Below are positions 43,744-52,857 of a stretch of DNA of 64,000 nucleotides, piece after piece. The stretch lies in IMG/VR virus record IMGVR_UViG_3300048832_000103. One strand, written 5' to 3'. The notes beneath the pieces were generated by a model. It had not been told where the DNA came from. It saw nothing but the letters and a program-made list of their open reading frames with translations, and searched no databases. The translations under genes were made by a program, and so were the position numbers. Position 1 is the stretch's first letter, and the number at the start of each line of letters is the position of its first letter. The DNA comes from an uncultured virus (IMG/VR IMGVR_UViG_3300048832_000103). Lineage: Duplodnaviria > Heunggongvirae > Uroviricota > Caudoviricetes.

Positions 43744-45891
43744 GTGGCTTTAGAGACTAAAGATGAAATTGGGATCGCTGCGTTAGCAGCAGTCACCGTG
43801 GGCGGGATTGTCTACTATCTTACTAAAAACTCTGCCGGTAACGCCGAAATACTTCAAGCTGCAATAACTGAAGATAAAAAGAAGATAGTTACTATCCAGT
43901 CTGTTCAGAAGATGACTCCGTTAGATAAATCCATCTTGGATAGGCAGTTCACCACGAAGATAATTAAGACTATATCCAAGCCAGTTCTTCCAACATTCAA
44001 AGAAGTGTCAGGATTTTCCAACGAACCACGCATGAACAGTGGCTTGTTGGGCAAACTTGTCGCAGCTTATTGGGCTTACGCACAAACCAGATTATGGTAC
44101 ATGACGCGCTGCAAGCAATACCATCCATTCGACGACACCCCGCAGTGGTTGGCAAGGGATGCTGCCCATGGCGGTCACGATATGGACAAAGCTCACTACA
44201 AAGAGCTCATGAAGACCGACCGAGGAACCTGGCCGATAGGCGTTCCTCGGTCATTTATCTTGAACCGCTTTGAAGGTGAGAATCCTTCGAAGTTCAACAA
44301 GTACCAGAGATACAACTCTTTAGACCTGACATTCCCAAACTGGTCTATGCCTTTTAACGGATTCGACTGCGTTCGAACACAGGCATCGCTTAAGCATGCC
44401 CATATTGCCAGTGGCGCGGGTTATAAGACCGGTTGCTGGACTCGCTGTGGATGGAGAAGACCTTTTGGATCGTCTCATACAGGGTGTGTTCCTGCGATGT
44501 GTCCAAGACCTCTCCCAACAAGATGGTTTGCGGACATTAATTGGAAGATAAAGACTGAAAGAACCTCGTCTTATTTTACTAATTACGAACCCTTCACAAT
44601 AGGCAAAAAGTTCGATGGCCAGGTTATAAGTAATCAACTTGTAGTGACAAGAGGTTACAAGTACCAAGATGGGCCATGGGAAGATGATAAGGCTTTTGCG
44701 GGCATAGTTGAGAAGAATTACTACAAAGTAGGATTGCCCATAATTGGCGGCTACCCTGGAAGAATATGGGGAAAGGTGTCCGCCAGTGACCGTGCCGCCG
44801 CAAGGTATTTGATAAAAGTTCCTCAAGACTTCTCAAAGAGATACTCTCTTTCGAACAAGGCAACTAAAGAAGACGAAAAAAGCGTTTCAGACAAGTTTAT
44901 AAAAGAACTGCATCGGTATTATCATAGGGGTTACAACCTAGTTAATACCTGCCTAGATATTCTAATAGACCGTAAGCATTTTGATTTGGAGAAGGAATTT
45001 CCAAAGTTTGTTAAGCATTGCAACTGGTGGTGGATCTTACCGCCTAACAAGGCAATGCTGTCAAATGTAAGAGATAAGGACAATGAAATTATTCGCATGC
45101 CGCGCTTTTCAGATATTGGCGGTGGCAATATGGGTCTCGGAGATGTTACGTCCGAGTATCTTGTCAGCTATGTCATGAAGCTAACGCCCCCACCGGGAAC
45201 TATCCCACCGTGGGAAGATAAAGGCCCATTATGGTTATGGCCGAGCACAGCAGGCCAAATGACCTTGATAGGTGCTCCGACTATACCGTATCAGCCCGCA
45301 GCAGGTTCTTATATCACGGGTGACGGTAACTATCTTAGAAGCTCTGCCACGAATGCGTGGAATAGTTGGAATAATATGTTTGAGTATATGCTAGCCGCTC
45401 TAAATGAGGCTATCTATGAGTATGTAATGCAAGAAGCCGGTGGGGCTATTGCCGGTCAAGTTACCAAAACGGCCGCTGCTTGGGCAGAGAATTTAGGAAT
45501 TGACATACTAGAGCAACTTCAAGATAAGCTTGGAGGCGACCTTGGCGGCATAATGGATTTAGGTTCTAAGGTTGCGGCCTTCGCGGGTCTAGTGGAAAAT
45601 ATTGACATAGCGGACAGTTTAAATAAAACAATAAAGAAGTCTTTCGAGGGAACAGCCTTAAACACATATGATCTGTTAAAAAAATACCTGAAAGGAACTG
45701 TTGACGGGATGTTCCCCGATGAGTTGCGCAAAGCTAGAGAACTGCTAGACACGGGTATGTCCGAGCTGCGCTCGTGGGGATGGCACGATGACCTTATCGG
45801 CGAACTAGGCTCAGTTGGCAGTAGATACGGTGATAATGGTATTAAAGCATTAAAGTCTAAATATGGGTATAACGTTCAAAAGTTTGGTTGA
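43744..45891 (+). CDS. Large N-terminally anchored protein of unknown function
   Basis: 715-aa ORF; TM IGIAALAAVTVGGIVYYL; aromatic/Cys-rich middle and helical C-terminus. Confidence 0.75.
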   Translation: MALETKDEIGIAALAAVTVGGIVYYLTKNSAGNAEILQAAITEDKKKIVTIQSVQKMTPLDKSILDRQFTTKIIKTISKPVLPTFKEVSGFSNEPRMNSGLLGKLVAAYWAYAQTRLWYMTRCKQYHPFDDTPQWLARDAAHGGHDMDKAHYKELMKTDRGTWPIGVPRSFILNRFEGENPSKFNKYQRYNSLDLTFPNWSMPFNGFDCVRTQASLKHAHIASGAGYKTGCWTRCGWRRPFGSSHTGCVPAMCPRPLPTRWFADINWKIKTERTSSYFTNYEPFTIGKKFDGQVISNQLVVTRGYKYQDGPWEDDKAFAGIVEKNYYKVGLPIIGGYPGRIWGKVSASDRAAARYLIKVPQDFSKRYSLSNKATKEDEKSVSDKFIKELHRYYHRGYNLVNTCLDILIDRKHFDLEKEFPKFVKHCNWWWILPPNKAMLSNVRDKDNEIIRMPRFSDIGGGNMGLGDVTSEYLVSYVMKLTPPPGTIPPWEDKGPLWLWPSTAGQMTLIGAPTIPYQPAAGSYITGDGNYLRSSATNAWNSWNNMFEYMLAALNEAIYEYVMQEAGGAIAGQVTKTAAAWAENLGIDILEQLQDKLGGDLGGIMDLGSKVAAFAGLVENIDIADSLNKTIKKSFEGTALNTYDLLKKYLKGTVDGMFPDELRKARELLDTGMSELRSWGWHDDLIGELGSVGSRYGDNGIKALKSKYGYNVQKFG

Positions 45892-45940
45892 TTTGAAACA
45901 GTAGCCAAACATGGCTACCCCAACGGTAAGAGGTGCTATC

Positions 45941-46120
45941 ATGGCGAGAAGCAAAAGAAGCAAAAGACAACCTGGCTACTACTGCGTCAACACCAAGCCG
46001 GCGACCCGTGGCAAGCGCTGCTTGCACAAGGCTGTCAGCGGCAAGGTCCAGTTCGTCAAGTCCGGCAACATCAAGTGCCCGAAGACCTGCCGTTCCTACG
46101 CGAAGAAGCATCGCAAGTAG
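45941..46120 (+). CDS. Basic Cys-rich mini-protein
   Basis: MARSKRSKR..YCV....GKRC.....FVK....CP..C. Confidence 0.7.
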   Translation: MARSKRSKRQPGYYCVNTKPATRGKRCLHKAVSGKVQFVKSGNIKCPKTCRSYAKKHRK

Positions 46121-46129
46121 GAGGTTTCC

Positions 46130-46345
46130 ATGGCCAAGCGCAAGAGGTCTTCGAGTAGAGGTTATGGGGAGCGCGGCGCGTCGGTGTACTGCGTTGACAC
46201 CCATGCCGGGAAGCGTTGTGTTCGTCAAAGCGCCCACACGAATGACGTGCGCTTTATCAAAGCGAACAATTCTCGGTGTCCTGCGGCCTGCTACAAAAAA
46301 GCTGTGCCGAAAAGGCATGGAAAACAGCGGCCTAGCGATTGGTAG
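46130..46345 (+). CDS. Basic Cys-rich mini-protein (paralog)
   Basis: AGGAGG RBS; YCV...GKRC....RFIK....CP..C. Confidence 0.7.
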   Translation: MAKRKRSSSRGYGERGASVYCVDTHAGKRCVRQSAHTNDVRFIKANNSRCPAACYKKAVPKRHGKQRPSDW

Positions 46346-46354
46346 GAGGTTCCG

Positions 46355-46483
46355 ATGCCCTACAAATGCGCGCCCGTCAAGAACCGCAAGGGCAAGGTTG
46401 TCCGCAAGCAATGCTACCACATGGTCAACGGCAGGCCCCGTTTCGTCAAAAACTCGACGAAAGGGTGTCGCTGTTCCCGCTGA
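46355..46483 (+). CDS. 42-aa basic Cys-rich mini-protein (not in ORF track)
   Basis: AGGAGG RBS; MPYKCAPVKNRKGKVVRKQCYHMVNGRPRFVKNSTKGCRCSR. Confidence 0.7.
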   Translation: MPYKCAPVKNRKGKVVRKQCYHMVNGRPRFVKNSTKGCRCSR

Positions 46484-46551
46484 TTTTCGCTTTATAGACG
46501 TTGACGCCTACATCCTTCACGGGGTAAGCTACCCCGCAGGAGGAGCGAAGC

Positions 46552-46908
46552 ATGTCTACTAATTCTTGTCGGCCCAACGTGCTCAAGATGACCGCTGGCC
46601 AGGCGAAGAAATTCCTCGAGGCCCAAGACAAACCGACGCTCGTCCAGTTCGCAGCAGACTGGTGCGAGTTCTGCGAAGCCTCGAAGCCGGAAGTCGAAGC
46701 GACCTCGGCGGCGCTCTGTGATCGAGCTCGAGTGGTCCGTGTGAACGTCGATAAAGCTCCACAGCTCGCGGACAAGTTCGGCGTGAATGCTCTCCCCGAT
46801 TTCGTGGTCATGCACCGCGGCAAAGTCGTGGCGCGCATTAAAGGCTACGCCGACCGGAAGACGCTCCTTAACGCCGTCGCCAAGGCTTTGAAAGGAAGGA
46901 AACGATGA
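46552..46908 (+). CDS. Thioredoxin
   Basis: LVQF.ADWCEFC, VNVD...LA.KFGV..LP.F and G.....G. Confidence 0.9.
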   Translation: MSTNSCRPNVLKMTAGQAKKFLEAQDKPTLVQFAADWCEFCEASKPEVEATSAALCDRARVVRVNVDKAPQLADKFGVNALPDFVVMHRGKVVARIKGYADRKTLLNAVAKALKGRKR

Positions 46909-47555
46909 GTTCTGCTGTTTTCTCGGGGCCTGCCGGCAATCTCACACTGACCGAAGAAGACAAGCTCTGGGCAGCTCGAGGCCTTTGGGGCGAAGAGGGC
47001 GGAAGAACCTTCTCCGAAGAGATCATGGCGGCGTATCTGTGGGCGGTCATGAGGAAGTGCTTGATGCGCGAGACGGTTGGCAACTACGGCTTGGTGTGGC
47101 GTCAATCCTCTCGGTCCATCAACCCAAATTGGCTGGCCGATGGTCCATTCTGCCGCACTGTTGGACTGTCCGAGCCTACTGTGGACTGCACAACGGAAGC
47201 GATAGCTCGGCGGGAAAAAATAATCTCGACTCGTTGGGAGGATATTCCTTTCAAGTTTCGCGGTGCAGTGACCCGCTTCGCTCAAGGGATTCTCCTCAAG
47301 CCTTATACTGAGGCAACTCTACCAGCCGACCGCAGACGTCTATCGAACTGGGACAGCTTCATCGGCGTCGAGGCCAAATACCCTTGGGGTGTGAATATCG
47401 AGGGTACATGGTTCTTCCAAGACCACCCCATGCAGGCTGGTGACGTGACGGTTGCCCGTGCTATCGGCGGTGACACCGCTTTCCCAATTTTGAGGCTATG
47501 CGCCGCGGGGCTTGTTGTCGGGGCAGTCGTGTGGCTGGTTCTGCGGAAGGAATAA
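46905..47555 (+). CDS. SleB/Hydrolase_2-like cell-wall hydrolase with C-terminal TM, paralog 1
   Basis: DKLWAARGLWGE (catalytic-Glu-like) and I.G.WF; C-terminal TM. Confidence 0.55.
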   Translation: MSSAVFSGPAGNLTLTEEDKLWAARGLWGEEGGRTFSEEIMAAYLWAVMRKCLMRETVGNYGLVWRQSSRSINPNWLADGPFCRTVGLSEPTVDCTTEAIARREKIISTRWEDIPFKFRGAVTRFAQGILLKPYTEATLPADRRRLSNWDSFIGVEAKYPWGVNIEGTWFFQDHPMQAGDVTVARAIGGDTAFPILRLCAAGLVVGAVVWLVLRKE

Positions 47556-47559
47556 TTAG

Positions 47560-48216
47560 GTGCAGGTTGCGACGTACAAAGGCCCTGCCGGCGAGCTTCG
47601 ATTGACGGCAAAGGATCGTCTGCTGGCCGCTCGAGGCATCCTCGGCGAAGGTGACGATAACCCGTCGGACGAGGTCATGCGCGCCTACCTGTGGGCTATC
47701 ATGCGGCGGTGCTTGATACGTGGGACGGTCATTGGCTACGGCACGATGTGGGAACAATTCTCGCAGCCGATCAACCCTGAGTGGCGTGCCGATGGTGCGT
47801 TCTGTAGGCCGGGGGGTCTTTATCACGGAAAAGACGAATGTTCAAGTGCTCGTTTGGCTCGACGTGAAAAAACTGCCGCGACCTCTTGGGATAACATTCC
47901 TGTCAAGATCCGCAACGCCGTGGACCAGTTTGCCGCTGGAGCTCTCCCGCCGCCGATGACCGAGAGGCTTCTGCCTGCCGGCCGCAACCGCCTGTCAAAC
48001 TGGGCAAGCTACAAGGGCGTCCGTGAGAAGTTCCCATGGGGCGTTGAGATTGGCGGCGAGTGGTTCCTCGAGGACCGGCCCATGCGAGCCGGCGACGTTG
48101 AGATTGTTGGTGTCACGGAAGTTGTCGAGCCCTCAAGTATCATCTTGAAGGTTTCTTCTATTGGTATTGGGATTGTCGCTGCACTAGCGTGGTTGTTTTT
48201 CTACCGAAAGGGCTGA
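47560..48216 (+). CDS. SleB/Hydrolase_2-like cell-wall hydrolase with C-terminal TM, paralog 2
   Basis: DRLLAARGILGE and QFSQPINP; clear tandem paralog. Confidence 0.55.
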   Translation: MQVATYKGPAGELRLTAKDRLLAARGILGEGDDNPSDEVMRAYLWAIMRRCLIRGTVIGYGTMWEQFSQPINPEWRADGAFCRPGGLYHGKDECSSARLARREKTAATSWDNIPVKIRNAVDQFAAGALPPPMTERLLPAGRNRLSNWASYKGVREKFPWGVEIGGEWFLEDRPMRAGDVEIVGVTEVVEPSSIILKVSSIGIGIVAALAWLFFYRKG

Positions 48217-48221
48217 AGTAT

Positions 48222-48944
48222 TTATAAAATAGCTAGCAGTTCGCAGAAAATTCCACAGTCATCGAGTATTGGTTTTGAATGGCGCCCCTCATTAGGATCT
48301 AGCTCATCGAGGTATGTTCCTTTTATACACGAATGACCTATTTTCTTTTCTAGTTCCGCCCTGCTAGCAAAAATTTCTGGAAAATCCACTCTGATATGAT
48401 TCCAGTAACCTTTGCCCCCCTTCACGCATCCAACGCAATTGTTATTTGAGTATCCTATATCGTACATGGCAGGTCTTTTAATGTTCGAAGCTGCTAGAAT
48501 CTTATGCGCCTGTTCTTTTGATACTTGCTGTTCTACAAGGGGAAATACGTGATCTTGTTCTGGCATAGAGTCTTGTAGCCGTTGGCATCGATCAGATTCG
48601 TTGTAGTCCATTCCCCAAACATAGGTTAGTTTTTCATTTACCGGTTGCTCATATTCCCATTGCTTTCGCACCTTGCGTTTGAGAAGTCTCGTGCAGGCGG
48701 CGCCGCCAATGCCATTTATGTACCCCTTACCGCCAGCGGCAAGACAAGCATTTTCAACAGTCTTTAAGGGAGATTGCAGTATTTCAATAGGTTTTTCAAA
48801 CCAGGCTTCGCAATCTTTGACAAAGCGCAAGGTGTCTGGGTGCTGGTCTTCTATGTGAGTGTATAGAATTTTGTCTATTTTGGCGATTGCCAGCTTTGTG
48901 GCCACGGCACTGGACACCCCGGCAGAAAACCACGAGACTATCAT
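48222..48944 (-). CDS. Phage PAPS-reductase-family (PP-loop) protein
   Basis: SWFSAGVSSA, HPD..RF, CT..LK, FPL, P.MY..GY.NNNC.GCVKGG.GYW and CG.FC. Confidence 0.8.
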   Translation of the reverse strand: MIVSWFSAGVSSAVATKLAIAKIDKILYTHIEDQHPDTLRFVKDCEAWFEKPIEILQSPLKTVENACLAAGGKGYINGIGGAACTRLLKRKVRKQWEYEQPVNEKLTYVWGMDYNESDRCQRLQDSMPEQDHVFPLVEQQVSKEQAHKILAASNIKRPAMYDIGYSNNNCVGCVKGGKGYWNHIRVDFPEIFASRAELEKKIGHSCIKGTYLDELDPNEGRHSKPILDDCGIFCELLAIL

Positions 48945-48992
48945 AGGGGGGCTCCTTCGGAGTTGATCATGCTAGGCGGGGATGTTTGTGTT

Positions 48993-49259
48993 TCAGGAAG
49001 CTTTGTCGAGGGCGTTCTTAGCTCGGCGTGCTGCACCAGCTTCGCGCAAGCGGTTCTTGTGCTCTTCACTCATCGTTCGCTTCGCGGGCTTGGCCACTTC
49101 CTTGCTCGCGAGCCATTCCTCGAGAGTGGTGATCTTCACGAATCGGAGCTTGCCAACGATGACCAAGGGCAGATTCCCCTTTTTGTGTTCGTTGAGAAGG
49201 GTGATTTCACGGAGCCCGAGCTCGGCGGCGGCGTCTTCGAGGGTCTTCATTCCTACCAT
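48993..49259 (-). CDS. Excisionase-like HTH protein
   Basis: TLEDAAAELGL...TL.....G.LP...VG..RFV....LEEWL; AAGGAG RBS. Confidence 0.7.
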   Translation of the reverse strand: MVGMKTLEDAAAELGLREITLLNEHKKGNLPLVIVGKLRFVKITTLEEWLASKEVAKPAKRTMSEEHKNRLREAGAARRAKNALDKAS

Positions 49260-49273
49260 GATGTGCTCCTTCT

Positions 49274-49621
49274 TTACTTTGGATAAATTCGTCGTTCATA
49301 GAACATCATTCGGCCGTCGTCATCATGGCCAAGGTTATCTGTGAAGTCAAGGGGCCTGAACTTACTTTCTGATAAAAAAATTACGTTGTCAACGGCTTCG
49401 CCCTCACGATTCTTTTGCAGGTCGCCGTGTTTTGTTTTGCTTCGAATCCATCTTCCCTCTTCGGGATGCAGCAATATGAGCACTAGATATTCCCTACTAG
49501 GAGCTTCGGGCGCTTCAACGCCGAGCATTGCTTGCCGTTCCGTTGACACGGGTTTGTAATAGGACCGTGTCAACCAAATGGAGTGGGGATGCACGAATTC
49601 GTTGTAAGGAACCCAGTTCAT
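49274..49621 (-). CDS. Hypothetical protein
   Basis: ATG at 49621 coupled to the upstream stop. Confidence 0.55.
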   Translation of the reverse strand: MNWVPYNEFVHPHSIWLTRSYYKPVSTERQAMLGVEAPEAPSREYLVLILLHPEEGRWIRSKTKHGDLQKNREGEAVDNVIFLSESKFRPLDFTDNLGHDDDGRMMFYERRIYPK

Positions 49622-50262
49622 GACGCGATCCTTTCCAACAGGTCTTCGATGCTCGAGCACATTGGAATCTGAAACCTCAAAGGGGAGTCTGGTAGATGAA
49701 GATGCTTGTAGAGGATTTTTATCTGCTCTGGGCTTGCAAACGAGTAATTCTGGTGAGTTATGCACGCTAGATTTGGGTTTTTCGTGGTATGCCCTGCCGT
49801 GGTATGCCCCCACGCGATGAGCTCGCAAGCGTCGCAGAGTCGAACAATTTCCTCGAGGATTCCTTGGTTCTGGGAACCTCTCACGCGGGGGTTATGCGCG
49901 GCCGTCCGGCAGGCGGCAAACCACAAGGTGGCCTTGGGTGCCATGATTCCTTCGAGGAGCCCCACGAGCCCGCCGATGCGCGTCAAGAGGTGTCCTGTTT
50001 GAATCCATTGCTCAGTGCCATGGCCGAAGTAGGCGAACACGTTGAAAGGCTGTTTGTTGTGCCGCTGGAACACTTGCGTCGCGGTGTTCTCTATCGCCGC
50101 AGGCCTTCGGGAAGCTGGAAGGTGACACGGAACCGGGACCATGAGCACCTCATGGCCGAGCGCGTTGTGATACGCTGCATAGGCCACGGCTTCGCGTTCG
50201 AATTCGGCGCCGTCGTGCTTCCCCTCGGTGTTCTTGTTCACATACAAGATTAAATGTCGCAT
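49618..50262 (-). CDS. Putative caspase-like (clan CD) His-Cys peptidase-fold protein
   Basis: AYFGHG ... LWFAACRTA dyad spacing. Confidence 0.45.
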   Translation of the reverse strand: MRHLILYVNKNTEGKHDGAEFEREAVAYAAYHNALGHEVLMVPVPCHLPASRRPAAIENTATQVFQRHNKQPFNVFAYFGHGTEQWIQTGHLLTRIGGLVGLLEGIMAPKATLWFAACRTAAHNPRVRGSQNQGILEEIVRLCDACELIAWGHTTAGHTTKNPNLACITHQNYSFASPEQIKILYKHLHLPDSPLRFQIPMCSSIEDLLERIAS

Positions 50263-50284
50263 CTTGTTCCTTCTTTTTGCAGCA

Positions 50285-50662
50285 TTACTGCGGTAGCTTC
50301 TCTGCTTTCTTATTTCTATATTTTAATGAATATTCAGCTCTAGCTTTCTTACACAAGTCACAGCGGCAACCACGATATTTATGTCCTGTGACCGTGCCGT
50401 GGTAGTCTACAACGTAGCCATGTTCGATTTTATGGCATCTCTCACATAGGATTACACACTTAGCTAATTCTTCTTTTCGCCTACTCTCGGACCATGACCA
50501 GATTCTATGATTCTTCTTTGTAGTTTTATCCACATGATGTATAACTAGCTTTTCTTTAGACCCACATTTAGAGCATACTTTATCCACTAAATAATCTAGT
50601 CGCCTCTTAGACAACCAATTACGTTGATAGTCTGTTTGCTCTTTTTTTGTTCTACAGGGCAT
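50285..50662 (-). CDS. HNH endonuclease
   Basis: CSKCG...L.IHHVD ... C.ILCERCHK.EH and GCRC..C. Confidence 0.85.
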   Translation of the reverse strand: MPCRTKKEQTDYQRNWLSKRRLDYLVDKVCSKCGSKEKLVIHHVDKTTKKNHRIWSWSESRRKEELAKCVILCERCHKIEHGYVVDYHGTVTGHKYRGCRCDLCKKARAEYSLKYRNKKAEKLPQ

Positions 50663-50671
50663 CCTACTGTC

Positions 50672-50923
50672 TCAAATGTCGCATCCTATGCCTTCTTCGC
50701 GAAACAGGTTGCCTACAGACCTGCAAAGTGTTTCTGGCGAAACTCGCAATATTTGACTGTCTCGAGCCACATATAAGCTGTGCTTATTAGGGTCGAGAAG
50801 CGCTGATACTGTTACGCCCTCGTCCTTTAGAATCTTTATCGCGTCCTTTAAAGACTCGTACATCGTTATATTCTTCACGTTGATACACAAAACTGAAAAC
50901 TTCTTTGAACACTCGTTAGCCAT
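50672..50923 (-). CDS. Hypothetical protein
   Basis: ORF within the operon. Confidence 0.5.
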   Translation of the reverse strand: MANECSKKFSVLCINVKNITMYESLKDAIKILKDEGVTVSALLDPNKHSLYVARDSQILRVSPETLCRSVGNLFREEGIGCDI

Positions 50924-50924
50924 T

Positions 50925-51974
50925 TCAATCCTCCTCGTCGTCGTCGTCGCCGTCGTCGTCGTCCGTTGCGTACATGTCTTCGAGCCTATCGTTCATCTCA
51001 TCCATTCTATTAGAGGCGAGATAAATTTGTGTGGTCTCTATGCTCGTGTGACCGAGAAAGTTTGCTACAAGCATGATGTCCTTGGTTGCCTGATACAACC
51101 TGAGCGCGGCGGTCTTGCGGAAGCGGTGCGAGCGGACCTCCGAGGCTTCTATGCCGGCCGCGGTGGCATAGTCCTTGAGATGCTTCGAGATGTGCGCGTA
51201 GGAGCTCTTCGGCCGGTTCTCTGCCGGCGTGGCAGGCGCGACGATATCCGCGATGTAGTTCCAGGCCCCTGGCCATCTGCTCAGCACTTCGAGCTCTTCG
51301 CGCACCACGCCCGAGGGCAAGCTGCGCTGTTTCAACCGCTTCGACCAAATCATCAAAGGAGCGCCTGTCTCGACCGAGTGGAGCACGGATTCTCGTTGAA
51401 TCCAGGGTGTGTCCGCGCCAGCTCGGAGGCCAAGCTTGATAGCGATGCGCAGCACTGGCCACGTCCAGGGCCACCGAGGATTGCCCTTATCTGCATCGAT
51501 CACCGCAAGGATTTTACCTACCTCTTGTTCAGTGAAGGCCGGCAGGATCTTCTTTGTCGGCGCTTCCCGGTCGCGGAGCATCTTCTTTACCTTCAGGCCG
51601 GCGAGCTCGACTATCAGTTCCCCACGGTTCGTGTAGAGCGCGTACTGCCTGATAGCGGCGCGGATCGCGTGCTTAGTGGTCAGTTGCAGGTCACGTCTGC
51701 GCAGGGCGTCGACTGGCGTCCCGCCCGTGGTAATGAGCGCGTGCCAGACGTAGTTGGCATACGTTTCAGCGCTGTTCTTCGACAGTGCGGCATCCTCGAC
51801 CATGAAGCGGACGAACGCCTTGCAGCTCTCCCGGCAACACTTGGCGACGTAGGTCCGCGCCGCGTGCACAATCTCGATAGGCACGGGCTCGAAGATCGCG
51901 TCCTTGCCGTTGATCAAGGCCTCGGCGCCCTCGAGGCCGTTCACGAGCAGGTTGGCGTTATCGTTCTGGCTCAT
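50925..51974 (-). CDS. Tyrosine recombinase/integrase
   Basis: GLR, SKR, HRFR and LGHTSIETTQIY catalytic residues. Confidence 0.9.
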   Translation of the reverse strand: MSQNDNANLLVNGLEGAEALINGKDAIFEPVPIEIVHAARTYVAKCCRESCKAFVRFMVEDAALSKNSAETYANYVWHALITTGGTPVDALRRRDLQLTTKHAIRAAIRQYALYTNRGELIVELAGLKVKKMLRDREAPTKKILPAFTEQEVGKILAVIDADKGNPRWPWTWPVLRIAIKLGLRAGADTPWIQRESVLHSVETGAPLMIWSKRLKQRSLPSGVVREELEVLSRWPGAWNYIADIVAPATPAENRPKSSYAHISKHLKDYATAAGIEASEVRSHRFRKTAALRLYQATKDIMLVANFLGHTSIETTQIYLASNRMDEMNDRLEDMYATDDDDGDDDDEED

Positions 51975-52626
51975 TCTCTTTTTCTTTTAGTTCCTTGCGC
52001 AAATTGTCATCGCACGTCAGGTCATCACAGCAATGACAAAGCTGGATATGCGTCCGCTTGCACCATTCACTGATACTGATACCTTCGGGGGGCGAGATAA
52101 ACCGATTTATCTTGTCCATGTCTTCTTTCGGCTCGACCTCTTCGAGCATCCAGGCATGATTAATGGCCCACTTAGACACCTTAGCTTTGAGCTTGTGCAG
52201 TTCGACCTTTAGAGCGTCTCTCTCAACTCTCAAACGGTCGAGTTCATCTAGCATGACTTCCAACCTTTCCACGTCAAGCTTGAGATCATTGCGCTCTATT
52301 TCCAATTTCTCTAGTTGTGCAAAATATTCTTGTTCTACCTTCTCTCTGGTCAGTGCTACAACATCTTTCAAATATCTTGCACTTAATTCTAAGTTGCTAA
52401 TACGAGTAGTCAGTTCTAAACTAGTCGGAACCTTGCCTATTAGGACTTCTGGACTGTCTTTACCCAAGGGAACAAGCCCCCAATTAGGGAACCTTATAAA
52501 GAGCTTCCCAGACGCGTTTCTGTGAACCTCTCGTATTACCTCTGAGCGGTGTCCCATTGAATAGTAGTATGCCCATGTGTCATTTGCTAAATTTGCAACA
52601 ACCTGCTCGTTGTCAAGCATCGGCAT
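51958..52626 (-). CDS. Coiled-coil hypothetical protein
   Basis: Heptad region and Cys cluster at the C-terminus. Confidence 0.6.
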   Translation of the reverse strand: MPMLDNEQVVANLANDTWAYYYSMGHRSEVIREVHRNASGKLFIRFPNWGLVPLGKDSPEVLIGKVPTSLELTTRISNLELSARYLKDVVALTREKVEQEYFAQLEKLEIERNDLKLDVERLEVMLDELDRLRVERDALKVELHKLKAKVSKWAINHAWMLEEVEPKEDMDKINRFISPPEGISISEWCKRTHIQLCHCCDDLTCDDNLRKELKEKENEPER

Positions 52627-52855
52627 TCTCCTTCTTAACGCTGTCAGGGTCTACAATATGGAAATCATGATCCCCACAATCGCAAGGAGCTTGCACGCCA
52701 AAACAACAGTAAAGCATACTGCAACCACAGGGTGCTAAGTCGTCTGTAGTGCAAGCACAGCCTTGCGTTTCGCTTGGGTCATAGAGACCATCATATTCAG
52801 GATGTTTGTCAAAGAAATCGATCACTAAATCAAGAACGCTTCGTATCTTGCTCAT
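52613..52855 (-). CDS. Cys-rich hypothetical protein
   Basis: YDGLY....CAC..DDLAPC. Confidence 0.6.
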   Translation of the reverse strand: MSKIRSVLDLVIDFFDKHPEYDGLYDPSETQGCACTTDDLAPCGCSMLYCCFGVQAPCDCGDHDFHIVDPDSVKKENADA

Positions 52856-52857
52856 GG

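Noticed and set aside
50880..52073. 397-aa plus-strand ORF
   Set aside because: It is an antisense shadow of the integrase; the same applies to 31638..32627, 40828..41721, 27049..27762 and 8383..9102
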